DNA of 64,000 nt, from the IMG/VR virus record IMGVR_UViG_3300031689_000528. The stretch is one strand, 5' to 3'. The notes under the pieces are model-generated. The model worked only from the letters and a program-made list of their open reading frames with translations, had not been told where the DNA came from and did no database searches. The position numbers and the translations under genes are program-made. This DNA is from an uncultured virus (IMG/VR IMGVR_UViG_3300031689_000528). Its lineage: Duplodnaviria; Heunggongvirae; Uroviricota; Caudoviricetes. This document shows, one piece after another, positions 1 through 9,448 of the stretch; position 1 is the first letter of the stretch, and each line of letters begins with the position of its first letter.

Positions 1-1
1 A

Positions 2-1018
2 GACACCAAAGAAGTTGAAATCTTAACTAGAGCACAAATAAGAACTGAAGAAAAATTATTAAAGAAGAAAGAACTGTCTATTATATTACTAGAGAAAGAG
101 ATTAAACTTGATAGAAAGAATTTACAAACAAAAGATAATCTATCTAACGCAGAGAAAAAGGCAACAAAAATTAGATTAGAAGAAAATTCAGAGAAGTTAC
201 AAAACATTAAAGGCGAAAGAGACCAATCAGCAGAAATGTTACAACCAAGTGGTTCAACAGTAGACACAGGCAGATCACAAGGTCTACCAATGTTTTTAGA
301 AGAACTAAAAGACGCATTTATGGGACCTTTTCAAGCAATTGGTGAATCATTTAACATGATCAAAGATATGGGTAAAAACACAGGTGAGTTAATGAAATTC
401 TTAGGTGGTGGTTTTCTTTCTACATTTAAATCATTAGGCAAAGGAATAAAAGCAATAGGTGGTTTCTTTACACTTGCAAGACTAGTGTTAATTGCTAAAT
501 TTGCATTGATTGTAGGCGCTCTAACATTTGTAGCATTGAACATCAAAAAGATCAAAAACTTCTTTGTTAAAATTATAGATTGGTTTAGAAATTCAAAACT
601 AGGTAAACTATTAGGTCTTAACAAAGACCAAACACCAGAGGAGAAAATAGAGAGAAAGAGAAAACAAGAAAGTTTTGGTATGGACGATATGATGAGTGAT
701 TTTCCTTCTGTTGAGAAATATGAAGACGCAGGTCCTCAAAATGCACCTATAGAGAAGAATAGTAAAATGGGTACAAAACGTATTGATCAATTAAATAACA
801 ATGATTTTAAGTTTACTGATAACAAAGCGGCAGTAACAGAGTTTGATAGTTTACAAAAGAAAGCAAACGAACAATTATCAAAGAATAATATAATAATTAA
901 TAATAACTCACCAACTGTAAATTCATCAAGTAGTGGATCAGTAGTATCAGGTTTTATTAATAATAGAGCAGACGATAGCTTTATAAATGTAGGCAACAAA
1001 AGTTGGGCAGACGTTTAA
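2..1018 (+). CDS. 5'-truncated virion protein (tape-measure/baseplate-hub-like C-terminal part)
   Basis: Frame is open from base 2 (DTKEVEILTRAQIR...) into the listed 236..1018 ORF. Coiled-coil-like start, Gly/Ala/hydrophobic middle and NNxxNNSPTVNSSS tail; lies next to gp4/gp48. Confidence 0.5.
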   Translation, partial: DTKEVEILTRAQIRTEEKLLKKKELSIILLEKEIKLDRKNLQTKDNLSNAEKKATKIRLEENSEKLQNIKGERDQSAEMLQPSGSTVDTGRSQGLPMFLEELKDAFMGPFQAIGESFNMIKDMGKNTGELMKFLGGGFLSTFKSLGKGIKAIGGFFTLARLVLIAKFALIVGALTFVALNIKKIKNFFVKIIDWFRNSKLGKLLGLNKDQTPEEKIERKRKQESFGMDDMMSDFPSVEKYEDAGPQNAPIEKNSKMGTKRIDQLNNNDFKFTDNKAAVTEFDSLQKKANEQLSKNNIIINNNSPTVNSSSSGSVVSGFINNRADDSFINVGNKSWADV

Positions 1019-1452
1019 CGGCCAATACCTAAATCCTTTTCAGTAATAATCTTAAATTCAGCATTTTGATCTTCACAATATTTTGAAGCGGCTTGCCATT
1101 TGGCTTGGTTCTTGATATACTCTAAAGATTCACGCATGTAAGACTTGGTCTTTCTGCTTACTGGTTTCTTTGGTGGTTTGCATTGACGTGATGGTTTAAT
1201 CTCTATAATCAATTTCTTACCTTGTTTAGTCTTCACTATGAAGTCAGGATAGTATCTGTGCCATTTGTTATCAATTGGACTGTAGTATCTAATTGCCAAT
1301 TCTTCACTTGCCCAATTATCTATGTTAGGACTGTTATCGCAGAACACCATAAACCGTCTCTCTAAAAGAGACCGATATATGATGGTCTTTACGTTACCTA
1401 CATACTTTCCTGGGTTGATTGGGTTATATATTCCTTTAAAAGACTTCTTCAT
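1015..1452 (-). CDS. gp4: Head completion nuclease (T4 gp4-like, TnsA-type endonuclease fold)
   Basis: GxYxPxNPxKYxG, IIYRSxLERRFM, WASEE, HRYYPDF and IEIKP motifs; likely start MKKS at 1452. Confidence 0.88.
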   Translation of the reverse strand: MKKSFKGIYNPINPGKYVGNVKTIIYRSLLERRFMVFCDNSPNIDNWASEELAIRYYSPIDNKWHRYYPDFIVKTKQGKKLIIEIKPSRQCKPPKKPVSRKTKSYMRESLEYIKNQAKWQAASKYCEDQNAEFKIITEKDLGIGR

Positions 1453-1457
1453 AATGT

Positions 1458-1465
1458 TATAAATA
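1458..1465 (+). promoter_or_regulatory. T4-type late promoter TATAAATA
   Basis: Exact TATAAATA 26 bp upstream of the gp48 start. Confidence 0.75.
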
Positions 1466-1491
1466 TACAATATATATAAGAGAATTAAAAT

Positions 1492-2652
1492 ATGGCTTGG
1501 ACATCAAAGATAGCAAACGTAATCAAAGGTAAAGTAGGAACAATGATTGGCTCATCAATTGCCAATAAATTGAGTTTCGCTTCATCTGGTCAAACAACCA
1601 AAGTCGCTGCTAAACTATTAAATAAATCACCACTAGAGATAGGCACAGTAGGTCCTACTTCTCACATGGAATCTGTAAACAATCCATATCAATATGGTAC
1701 TGTCTCATATCCTAGAGAGGCAGGTAATTTAGGTGCTGGTCACTATATAATATTTGATATTGTAAATCACAAGTCATCTAAATTTAAAAATCAAACATTT
1801 AAAAATGGTAAACTATCATCATCTAAAGAGGTGCCAATGGGTGATTTTGACGCTCCAAGTAACAGAATTGCTAATATCAAAAGAAAAGGTATTACACAAT
1901 CAAGCAGATTAAGATCAACATCTACAGGTATCATGTCTAAAGTTGATGACAATCACAATTATATTTCAGATAGTATTATATTATACACACCAGCCGAGGG
2001 AATGAAATTCAATTATAGTGTAAACTATGAAGACACGCAGACAGGTCTTGCAGGAGATTTAGGTCAAGCACTTGGTGGTATAATGAACGATCCAGGTTTC
2101 TTAAACAAGATAGAGGCTGGCGCCAAAGGTGTTGCCGGTATTGGTAGTGAATTAGGTAAGACTGCCTTATTCGCAGCTGCTAGTATCATACCAGGTTTTG
2201 AGAATAGTAGACAACTATACGACAAGGCACTAGGTCAGGCAAAGAACCCTAATTTAGAAACAATATTCCAATCAGTACCATTTAGATCGTTTTCTTTTCC
2301 ATTTATATTTGCACCTAAAGATGAGAAAGAGAAAGATGATGTACATAAAATTTTACAACTGTTTAGATTTCATATGTTACCAGAACAACAAGCAAGTGCT
2401 ATAACTAATGGTTATTTCAATACGCCAAGTGAGTTTCAAATTACTTACATGTATAGAGAAAATGAAAACAGTTACTTACCAAGAATTAGTAGATGTGTTT
2501 TAAAATCTTGTAACATAGACTATGCACCAGAGGGTGTTGTGTCTTCACTGATACCAGATGAGAAAGGCGCACCACCTACTATCATCAATATGAATTTAGA
2601 GTTTGGCGAAACAGAAATTATGACTAAACAAACAGTAGCGGAGGGTTTCTAA
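1492..2652 (+). CDS. gp48: Baseplate tail-tube cap (gp48-like)
   Basis: NPNLETIFQSVPFRSFSFPFIFAPK, PSEFQITY, ISRCVLKSCNIDYAP and LEFGETEIMTK; position before gp53. Confidence 0.82.
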   Translation: MAWTSKIANVIKGKVGTMIGSSIANKLSFASSGQTTKVAAKLLNKSPLEIGTVGPTSHMESVNNPYQYGTVSYPREAGNLGAGHYIIFDIVNHKSSKFKNQTFKNGKLSSSKEVPMGDFDAPSNRIANIKRKGITQSSRLRSTSTGIMSKVDDNHNYISDSIILYTPAEGMKFNYSVNYEDTQTGLAGDLGQALGGIMNDPGFLNKIEAGAKGVAGIGSELGKTALFAAASIIPGFENSRQLYDKALGQAKNPNLETIFQSVPFRSFSFPFIFAPKDEKEKDDVHKILQLFRFHMLPEQQASAITNGYFNTPSEFQITYMYRENENSYLPRISRCVLKSCNIDYAPEGVVSSLIPDEKGAPPTIINMNLEFGETEIMTKQTVAEGF

Positions 2653-2653
2653 T

Positions 2654-3178
2654 ATGTCATACTTTGATAAGTTCCCTAAAGGTAATTATTCTACTGATAA
2701 CATAACATACAAACAAGTTACTGATCTATTCAGAAAGATCAAGATCAAAGACAAGATTATAGAAGAAGCAAGTTTATACCAAGAGTATGATGTACCAAAT
2801 GGCGAGAGACCTGAAGATACATCAATGAAACACTTCGGTGATCCTCAATATCATTGGGTTGTTTTAATGACTAATGGTTCACAAGATGGTCTATACGATT
2901 GGCCACTTGATTTCAGAGCATTTGAAACATATGTAAAAGAGAAATACGCAAATCCAGATGGCATACACCATTATGAGATTGCACAGACAAGTGGTGTTAC
3001 AAAGTCTAATGATTACTCACATTTAATTGAGGTCAATGAGACGCAAGCAGGTGCAATGTCTGTTTCAAATAGAGAATATGAACAAAGACACCAAGATGAG
3101 TTAAGAAAGATTAAATTATTAAACCCAGGTTTCTTACCAATATTATTAGAAGAATTTGAGAAAATGATGAATGAATAA
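2654..3178 (+). CDS. gp53: Baseplate wedge subunit (gp53-like)
   Basis: MSYFDKFP start, LysM-like GERPED..FGDPQYHWVVLMTN, DWP, IHHYE and RKIKLL motifs. Confidence 0.88.
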   Translation: MSYFDKFPKGNYSTDNITYKQVTDLFRKIKIKDKIIEEASLYQEYDVPNGERPEDTSMKHFGDPQYHWVVLMTNGSQDGLYDWPLDFRAFETYVKEKYANPDGIHHYEIAQTSGVTKSNDYSHLIEVNETQAGAMSVSNREYEQRHQDELRKIKLLNPGFLPILLEEFEKMMNE

Positions 3179-3180
3179 TT

Positions 3181-4671
3181 ATGTACGATCAAATTAATGC
3201 TGACACTTTAACAAAAGCAGGCCAATTCGCCTTATCAGATATACAATTAATTTCTTATGTATCATCTGCTGGTGGTAATGAGCCAAAGAAAGTAAGTGTT
3301 AGAAGTTCCACAATAGAAATAAACATATACGAAGATATATTCTCAAAAGGTCTATCAGGTAACATAGTCGTAGTTGATGGTCAGAATATTGCCAATCACT
3401 TACCACTTACAGGATTTGAACGTATAGAGTTTAAGATCAATACACCAGGTATTGGAAAAGGTTTTGATTTCACGGCTGTCACAGGACACCCAATGTACAT
3501 ATATAAAATATCAGGCAGACAAGAGTTGTCACCTAGAACACAAGCATATGTACTACACTTCGCAAGTAAAGAAGTAATTACAAACGAACAAAGAAAAGTA
3601 ACCAGATCATTTACAGGCACTATTGATCAGATAGTACTAGATGTATTTCGTAATGAACTAGAATCTAATAAGACAATCATAGTAGAAGAAACAAAGGGTG
3701 CTCGTAAGTATGTACCAACAGGCAATAGACCATTTGAATTTATAGATGGTGTATCTAAAGAGGCAGAATCAGGTAGATTTGAAAACTCTGGCATGTTTTT
3801 CTATGAAGACAGTACTGGTTTTAGATTTAGAAGTTTAGAAAATATGTTGGCGATTACAGACGGCGCTGCTAGACCAGTGGTCGCAAGATTTGAAAAGAAA
3901 CCTAGATCAGTTAAAGGTGGTACAGGTATGACCAACGTAGTACAAGAAATGCAAACTGTTGATAGTTTCGTAATACAAAACCAGTTTGACACAATAAAGA
4001 ATTTAAGAAATGGCGTCTATGCTAGCAGAACGATAGCACATGACCTATTTAACAAAACGTATACAAAAATAGATTACGATTACAATACAGAGTTTAGTAA
4101 CATATATCACACTGAACATGATGGTGATGGTGGTAAAACAGATAATAAATCTATTGCACCATTGATTAACTATAATGGCAAACAATTCAGTGATTTTCCT
4201 AATGGCACATTATATCTACAGTCTACAACGACCAAGATACACAATGATTACGAAGACGCACCAAAGGGTACAAATATGGCCAAGAGATTAAGTCAGAGAT
4301 TGGCATTTGCGGCTATGCAAGTTTCATTGGACGCAAGAGGTTTTACTGGATTATCATGTGGTGATGTAGTTGCACTAGAAATTCCGTCATACGAACCAGT
4401 AGGTGCTGACAATCCCCTAGATAATGACCCTTACATGTCTGGACGCTATCTGGTGAAGTCCATAAGACACAAAATAGACACGGCTAAAGATATGCACACT
4501 ATGGCAATCAATTGTATTAAGGACGCAGTGAGAGTGCCTTATCCAGAGGAGAGTATAGATACATTTACAGGTAGAGAAAACGCCGACGCTACAAACATAT
4601 TACAATACGAGTTAGACGACACATTAATAACAGAGGCAACAGATGAATCAAATAATGGCATACTCTCGTAG
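3181..4671 (+). CDS. Putative baseplate hub protein (gp27-like position)
   Basis: INIYEDIF..LSG, LPLTGFERI, FFYEDSTGFRFRSLE and SGRYLVKSIRH motifs typical of the marine T4-like protein between gp53 and gp5. Confidence 0.6.
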   Translation: MYDQINADTLTKAGQFALSDIQLISYVSSAGGNEPKKVSVRSSTIEINIYEDIFSKGLSGNIVVVDGQNIANHLPLTGFERIEFKINTPGIGKGFDFTAVTGHPMYIYKISGRQELSPRTQAYVLHFASKEVITNEQRKVTRSFTGTIDQIVLDVFRNELESNKTIIVEETKGARKYVPTGNRPFEFIDGVSKEAESGRFENSGMFFYEDSTGFRFRSLENMLAITDGAARPVVARFEKKPRSVKGGTGMTNVVQEMQTVDSFVIQNQFDTIKNLRNGVYASRTIAHDLFNKTYTKIDYDYNTEFSNIYHTEHDGDGGKTDNKSIAPLINYNGKQFSDFPNGTLYLQSTTTKIHNDYEDAPKGTNMAKRLSQRLAFAAMQVSLDARGFTGLSCGDVVALEIPSYEPVGADNPLDNDPYMSGRYLVKSIRHKIDTAKDMHTMAINCIKDAVRVPYPEESIDTFTGRENADATNILQYELDDTLITEATDESNNGILS

Positions 4672-4801
4672 ACCATTCAGAGAATCTCCGAGATTTCCGA
4701 GTTGTCCGCTCGCTTTGACGATAGATATTACTCTAACGGCCAATACAATGGCCAGACGAGAGGATAACCCCATAACATAACACATATGAACGTGAAAGGC
4801 A

Positions 4802-5059
4802 ATGAATAAACCAACAATGAATAAACTGATAGATAAAATCAACAAACACATAGACACGGTCTCTCTGGAGGCCTTTGATAAGGCATACTCTTATCATCTA
4901 CTATACTTCTACAAGGGCCGTCAAGAAGTAATAAACACAATGAAACACGAAGTTAAAGACAAGCTAGCGCATGTCTTTTCTCATATAGGACAAGGTATAA
5001 ATAAGGTTAACAACAAAATTAAGGTTAAATGCTGGCCTGCGTACACCAAAGAGAAATAG
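4802..5059 (+). CDS. Hypothetical protein
   Basis: 85-aa ORF with AAGG upstream; no recognisable motif. Confidence 0.35.
   Translation: MNKPTMNKLIDKINKHIDTVSLEAFDKAYSYHLLYFYKGRQEVINTMKHEVKDKLAHVFSHIGQGINKVNNKIKVKCWPAYTKEK
4996..5003 (+). promoter_or_regulatory. Late promoter TATAAATA
   Basis: Exact box about 120 bp upstream of gp5. Confidence 0.55.
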
Positions 5060-5122
5060 GTAAGAATAATGGCTAGCGTTGTAATTAAAAATAAACATAT
5101 ATCGGTAAATATTTAAAAGTAC

Positions 5123-6481
5123 ATGAGCAATTTTATAGGCAAAACAAATAATTTTATCTGGTTCTCAGGTGTAGTAGAGGATAGACACGACCCACTCTAC
5201 GCTGGCCGTTTAAGAGTTAGATGTTTAGGTTATCATACTGATAGTAAGTCCGAATTACCCACAGTTGATCTACCTTGGGCAACCGTAATGTTATCAACGG
5301 CCTCACCTGGTATTTCAGGCATTGGCCATAGTCCTAGTTTTTTATTAGAAGGCAGTTGGGTATGGGGATACTTTCGTGACGAGGGTAACCAAGAGCCAAT
5401 CATCGTGGGCAGTTTACCTGGTAAACCTAGTGAACTTGGCAATACGGCCATTGGCTTTAATGACCCTAACAGCCGACTTGATAAAGACGGCGTAGAGACA
5501 GGTGTTTCGGTTTATCCTGTAAATAAGAATGAGGTGGACACCAATAGGTTGGCGGTCAATGATCCTCTCGTAGAAGCGATATCGTTAACGGCTCGTAAAA
5601 GGGATCGTATAACGGGAGTACCAACGGCAAGGTTTGACGGTTTAAATAATATTACCCAGATGTCGGACATGGACGCCATAGCGGCACAAGAGATTGGCCT
5701 GATTGACCCAGACTATAGAGGGTTAAGAAGATACAATGGAATTTTATTAAACAATGACGCCGATGCTATAGAGGCATTGTTATATGGCTCAACGTTTGAT
5801 GACGAAGAATGGTCAGCGAGGGCTCTATTGATTCGAAAGTATTCTATCACACAAGCAACAGACATACAAGCATTATTAGCCGAGATAAGAAATACAGTAA
5901 GAGGCATTATCGCAAACACAACAACGGATGCCGAATTATGGAATCAACCCGAGATTGCATACAAGGCTCTCTATCCTTATAACCATGTATTTGAATCAGA
6001 AAGCGGCCACATAAAAGAATACGATGACACGCCACAACATGAAAGAATATTTGAAAGACATAACAGTGGTAGTTCTTACGAGTATACCCCTAATGGAGAC
6101 CGAATTGATATCATCACCAATAACCATTATACACTGACAAGCAAAGATAACCTATGTAACATACAAGGCAATTCAGATATCACAGTCAATGGCCGTCACA
6201 AAGTTTATATTAACAAAGACGGACAAAACGACAATCACTATGATATACAAGTAGGGCCAAACGCCAACGTTAATATACAAGTAGACAAAGGCAATCTCAA
6301 TGTAGTAACAAAGACAGGCCAGTTTAACTTTGATGTAGGTGCAGACTTTAATGTAAACGTAGGTGGTAACTATAACCTTACAGTACAAGGTTCAGAAACA
6401 AAAACAATTGAAGGCAGTACAACACACAACACAACAGGCGCTACGATTATACGTGGTAGCACTATTGATTTGAATCCATAG
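5123..6481 (+). CDS. gp5: Baseplate hub/central spike protein gp5 (OB-fold plus beta-helix, no evident lysozyme domain)
   Basis: WFSGVVEDRHDP..GRLRVRCLGYH..LPWA N-terminus, YPYNHVFESESGHIKEYDDTP, VxG repeats and GSTIDLN C-terminus. Confidence 0.9.
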   Translation: MSNFIGKTNNFIWFSGVVEDRHDPLYAGRLRVRCLGYHTDSKSELPTVDLPWATVMLSTASPGISGIGHSPSFLLEGSWVWGYFRDEGNQEPIIVGSLPGKPSELGNTAIGFNDPNSRLDKDGVETGVSVYPVNKNEVDTNRLAVNDPLVEAISLTARKRDRITGVPTARFDGLNNITQMSDMDAIAAQEIGLIDPDYRGLRRYNGILLNNDADAIEALLYGSTFDDEEWSARALLIRKYSITQATDIQALLAEIRNTVRGIIANTTTDAELWNQPEIAYKALYPYNHVFESESGHIKEYDDTPQHERIFERHNSGSSYEYTPNGDRIDIITNNHYTLTSKDNLCNIQGNSDITVNGRHKVYINKDGQNDNHYDIQVGPNANVNIQVDKGNLNVVTKTGQFNFDVGADFNVNVGGNYNLTVQGSETKTIEGSTTHNTTGATIIRGSTIDLNP

Positions 6482-6646
6482 AAAACGAACCAGGCCTCCT
6501 GGAGAAAAAGCGCTTATTGAAATAGTGTAGTGGTTTTTAATCTATAAATGCAATAACAACTTTAAGCTTAATGTAAAGTACTTATTTTTCTTTGGAGGAT
6601 TTTCCTGGTGGCTGGAAGTTGGCCATACCTTTAATACGTTTAAGGG

Positions 6647-6675
6647 TTGACTTTATATACAAACTACTATATACT
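6647..6675 (+). promoter_or_regulatory. Sigma70-type promoter
   Basis: TTGACT (6647-6652), 17-bp spacer, TATACT (6670-6675). Confidence 0.65.
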
Positions 6676-6681
6676 TACCTA

Positions 6682-6771
6682 ATGGATTTACTTCTAGCAA
6701 TACTATACTCAGCAATGCCTCTACTTGTGATTGTATTGATGTTTATTAAATGGAATAAAGAAAAACCTTAA
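6682..6771 (+). CDS. 29-aa single-TM small protein (not in ORF track)
   Basis: MDLLLAILYSAMPLLVIVLMFIKWNKEKP*; ATG lies 7 nt after a -10 box. Confidence 0.5.
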   Translation: MDLLLAILYSAMPLLVIVLMFIKWNKEKP

Positions 6772-7328
6772 ATAAAAGGTCTACCATAAAAGAACACAGG
6801 TAGACTATGCCTTTCACCGGTCTCTATGGGTGTTACTCTATGACCTAACCAAGCAGGGAATACAACAACTGTTCCTCTTTGCATATCTATTGTAAAGTTC
6901 TCTATATCATGTTTCTTTATTTGAAACTTACCACCTGTAAATTCAGAGGGTTCATTAAGTAATATAGTCATTGATATTTTTCTTGTAAGGTTATGTAATG
7001 GATCAGCAAGGTCTTGTATTACACTATTATGGCCTACTATGCCGTCTCTATGCCACATATACTGATTACCTGGTTTATAATTATGCAGTTGTATTTGTTC
7101 GCCATCTATACTGTAGTGCCAACCTTTTCCGTTAGCCTTATTCATATAGTGATATAATCTTTCTAGTAACCACGGATCATTCTTTTCGCAGTTTATAATA
7201 CGTTTTATTTCCTCGTCATTAAAAGCGTTATGTTCCGAATAGTATAATGGATCACTTTCTTTCTGGTACTTAAAATGATTGTTACTATCAGGACAGCTTT
7301 TAGGTTTATCGTTGGTCATCCATTTCAT
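6768..7328 (-). CDS. 2OG-Fe(II) oxygenase (PKHD/P4H-like)
   Basis: WHRD, RKISMTILLN, FTGGKF, VVVFPAWLGHRVTPIETGERHSL motifs; start at 7328 is favoured because the late box lies at 7335-7342. Confidence 0.88.
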   Translation of the reverse strand: MKWMTNDKPKSCPDSNNHFKYQKESDPLYYSEHNAFNDEEIKRIINCEKNDPWLLERLYHYMNKANGKGWHYSIDGEQIQLHNYKPGNQYMWHRDGIVGHNSVIQDLADPLHNLTRKISMTILLNEPSEFTGGKFQIKKHDIENFTIDMQRGTVVVFPAWLGHRVTPIETGERHSLPVFFYGRPFI

Positions 7329-7334
7329 AAACAC

Positions 7335-7342
7335 TATTTATA
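7335..7342 (-). promoter_or_regulatory. Late promoter (TATAAATA on minus strand)
   Basis: TATTTATA on plus strand just upstream of the oxygenase. Confidence 0.65.
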
Positions 7343-7627
7343 ATGTTATCCTGTCACACCTTGCTGTGCTGTATTCTCTTATACATAACGGTGTTAGTCC
7401 GTCAGGAAAAGCTTAGAGTCCTAATGGAGATAATTTCTCACTTATACACATAAAAGTCCTAAATAGTTTAACGAGAGTGAATGTCTTCTCTCGGTAATCA
7501 AGAGACATATACACATACATTATTAGATTGGCTTGCTAATCATTGATTTTTTTATACAGTAGAGTTCGCAAGAACGGCTATGGCATAGCAACTCTGTTGC
7601 TACATAATAAACAAATAAAAGGGTAAG

Positions 7628-7957
7628 ATGGCTAATTATAAAAAGTACGCTTTAATGGCGTTAAAGAAGAAGGCACCGAAAGTACCGGCATATACTTGTA
7701 CGGATATAGATAACGTAATCACTACACTAGAAAACATACACTCAGGTACGAAGAAACTAACGAAGATACGGCTTGACGTTTTGGAACGTAAGTTGGAAAG
7801 ACTTCGGTCTTCTAATGAGGGTTTGAGAGATAGTGGTATATACTGGTATGGTATAACGAAGAAGATAATTAAGAATTTGAAAGATAATGGTAAGAAAGCG
7901 AATTTAAGTAAACGAAATAAAAAAAATCGGAAAAATCGGAATTACGACTCTGATTAA
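7628..7957 (+). CDS. Hypothetical basic protein
   Basis: 109-aa ORF with AAGGG RBS-like sequence; KKAPKVPxxTCxxID and LERLRxxNExLR motifs. Confidence 0.6.
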   Translation: MANYKKYALMALKKKAPKVPAYTCTDIDNVITTLENIHSGTKKLTKIRLDVLERKLERLRSSNEGLRDSGIYWYGITKKIIKNLKDNGKKANLSKRNKKNRKNRNYDSD

Positions 7958-7975
7958 TACTAGGAGAGAAGAAAA

Positions 7976-8218
7976 ATGGGAGAATACTTTTTAGTTATAG
8001 TATTTTGTATAATGGGTGAGTGTACATCAATAGATCCACAAACACCATATCCTGATTATAACACCTGTCAAGAGGTGAGTGAAGAAACGGCTGTGTTGTT
8101 TCAACGACAATACCCAAACAGTAAAGGTCAGATATATTGTCTTTCGGAAGATGAGTATAAGGAGTATATAAATACTACTGAACCTAAAGAAGCACCGAAA
8201 GTTGGTAGTCCAGTATGA
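7976..8218 (+). CDS. Hypothetical small Cys-containing protein with hydrophobic N-terminus
   Basis: AGGAG RBS; four spaced Cys residues. Confidence 0.6.
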   Translation: MGEYFLVIVFCIMGECTSIDPQTPYPDYNTCQEVSEETAVLFQRQYPNSKGQIYCLSEDEYKEYINTTEPKEAPKVGSPV

Positions 8219-8442
8219 CAGTTGAAAAGAAACTAACGTTTAGAGAAAAATGGAAGAACGCCTGTAATACAGACAACGCCATTGACTTCTCTGTAGACAT
8301 TGGACTTATTGCATTTGATGTATTAGCAAGTCCTATTTTAATAGTAGTTAGAGTCTTTCGTTGGGCAATGAACAAATGGGTAAACGGTTATATTAAGAGA
8401 TTTTTAAAATGGTTTGTACATAAAGTATTAAGGATAAAATGA
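8215..8442 (+). CDS. Hypothetical small membrane-associated protein
   Basis: ATGA-coupled to both neighbours; central hydrophobic stretch. Confidence 0.6.
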   Translation: MTVEKKLTFREKWKNACNTDNAIDFSVDIGLIAFDVLASPILIVVRVFRWAMNKWVNGYIKRFLKWFVHKVLRIK

Positions 8443-8747
8443 TAACAATATTAGAGAATGCAGTAAAGCATTTATCAGAATTAAAAGCCAAACACAACGT
8501 CAAATACATAAGACTTGAAGTAAAAGGTGGAGGTTGTGCTGGGTACGAATACAAGTGGAGTTTTGAGAATGAAATTAACGAGATAGATGATTTAGTAATA
8601 GGTGATCTAGTTGTTGATAGTATGTTTGAAATGTATATTGCTGGTATGGAGTTAGACTATAAAGAAGAAATCTTTGGTAGTCAATTCGTATTCAGTAATC
8701 CAAATAGTAAATCATCATGTGGTTGTGGAACCTCTTTTAGTGTGTAA
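8439..8747 (+). CDS. iscA: A-type Fe-S cluster carrier (IscA/SufA/HesB family)
   Basis: IRLEVKGGGCAGYEY and FSNPNSKSSCGCGTSF signature motifs. Confidence 0.93.
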   Translation: MITILENAVKHLSELKAKHNVKYIRLEVKGGGCAGYEYKWSFENEINEIDDLVIGDLVVDSMFEMYIAGMELDYKEEIFGSQFVFSNPNSKSSCGCGTSFSV

Positions 8748-8764
8748 CTAAATAGTCTTATATT

Positions 8765-9448
8765 ATGACTGAAACGAATAGAAGTAAAATTGAAGGAACT
8801 GAATCAGCACACAACATCACTATAAAAGAAAACAGTTTTTTTGATAGAAGACATAAACGATTAAACATTGATCTATCTCATAGATGTCCTTTAGAATGTT
8901 TAAGATGTGGTAGACAAAGAAGTTTTACCAATAAAGGTCTTAAAGTACCTGGTCGTGATCTATCAATATCCGAATTTAATAAAATACTAGATTGGTTTCC
9001 TAGAATATCTTTCTGTGGTCAATATTCTGACCCTATACACCACCCTAAAATAAACGAATTACTTACTATCACAAAAGATAGAGGTGTTAAAGTAGAGGTA
9101 CATTTAGCCTCATCTTTAAAACCAAAGAAAGCTTACATAGAAGCATTTAAAGCCAACCCTAAAGCAAACTGGATATTTGGTATAGATGGCATGCCTGAAG
9201 AAAGTAAACAATACAGAGTTAATCAAAATGGTCAGAAACTATTTGATCTTATGTTAGAGAGTAAAAAGTATTTAACAACAAGACCTCTATGGCAGTTTAT
9301 TATATTCAGTTATAATGAAAAGAGTATTGACAAAGCAATGAAGATGGCCAAAGATAACGATGTTGATTTCATATTAGTTAACAGTGCAAGATGGACAGAT
9401 GATGACGATTGGTTAATGCCAAAAACTAAAAGGACTATGAATGACTAA
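8765..9448 (+). CDS. Radical SAM protein (short core domain)
   Basis: CPLECLRC CxxxCxxC motif; FCGQYSDP; FGIDG..YRVNQ; WQFIIFSYNE. Confidence 0.85.
   Translation: MTETNRSKIEGTESAHNITIKENSFFDRRHKRLNIDLSHRCPLECLRCGRQRSFTNKGLKVPGRDLSISEFNKILDWFPRISFCGQYSDPIHHPKINELLTITKDRGVKVEVHLASSLKPKKAYIEAFKANPKANWIFGIDGMPEESKQYRVNQNGQKLFDLMLESKKYLTTRPLWQFIIFSYNEKSIDKAMKMAKDNDVDFILVNSARWTDDDDWLMPKTKRTMND

Noticed and set aside
1015..1452. TnsA/Tn7 transposon
   Set aside because: Motifs and position match the gp4 head-completion protein; no TnsB/TnsC or transposon ends.
7344..7454. 36-codon plus-strand ORF MLSCHTLLCC...
   Set aside because: No RBS or recognisable features; cannot be distinguished from chance.
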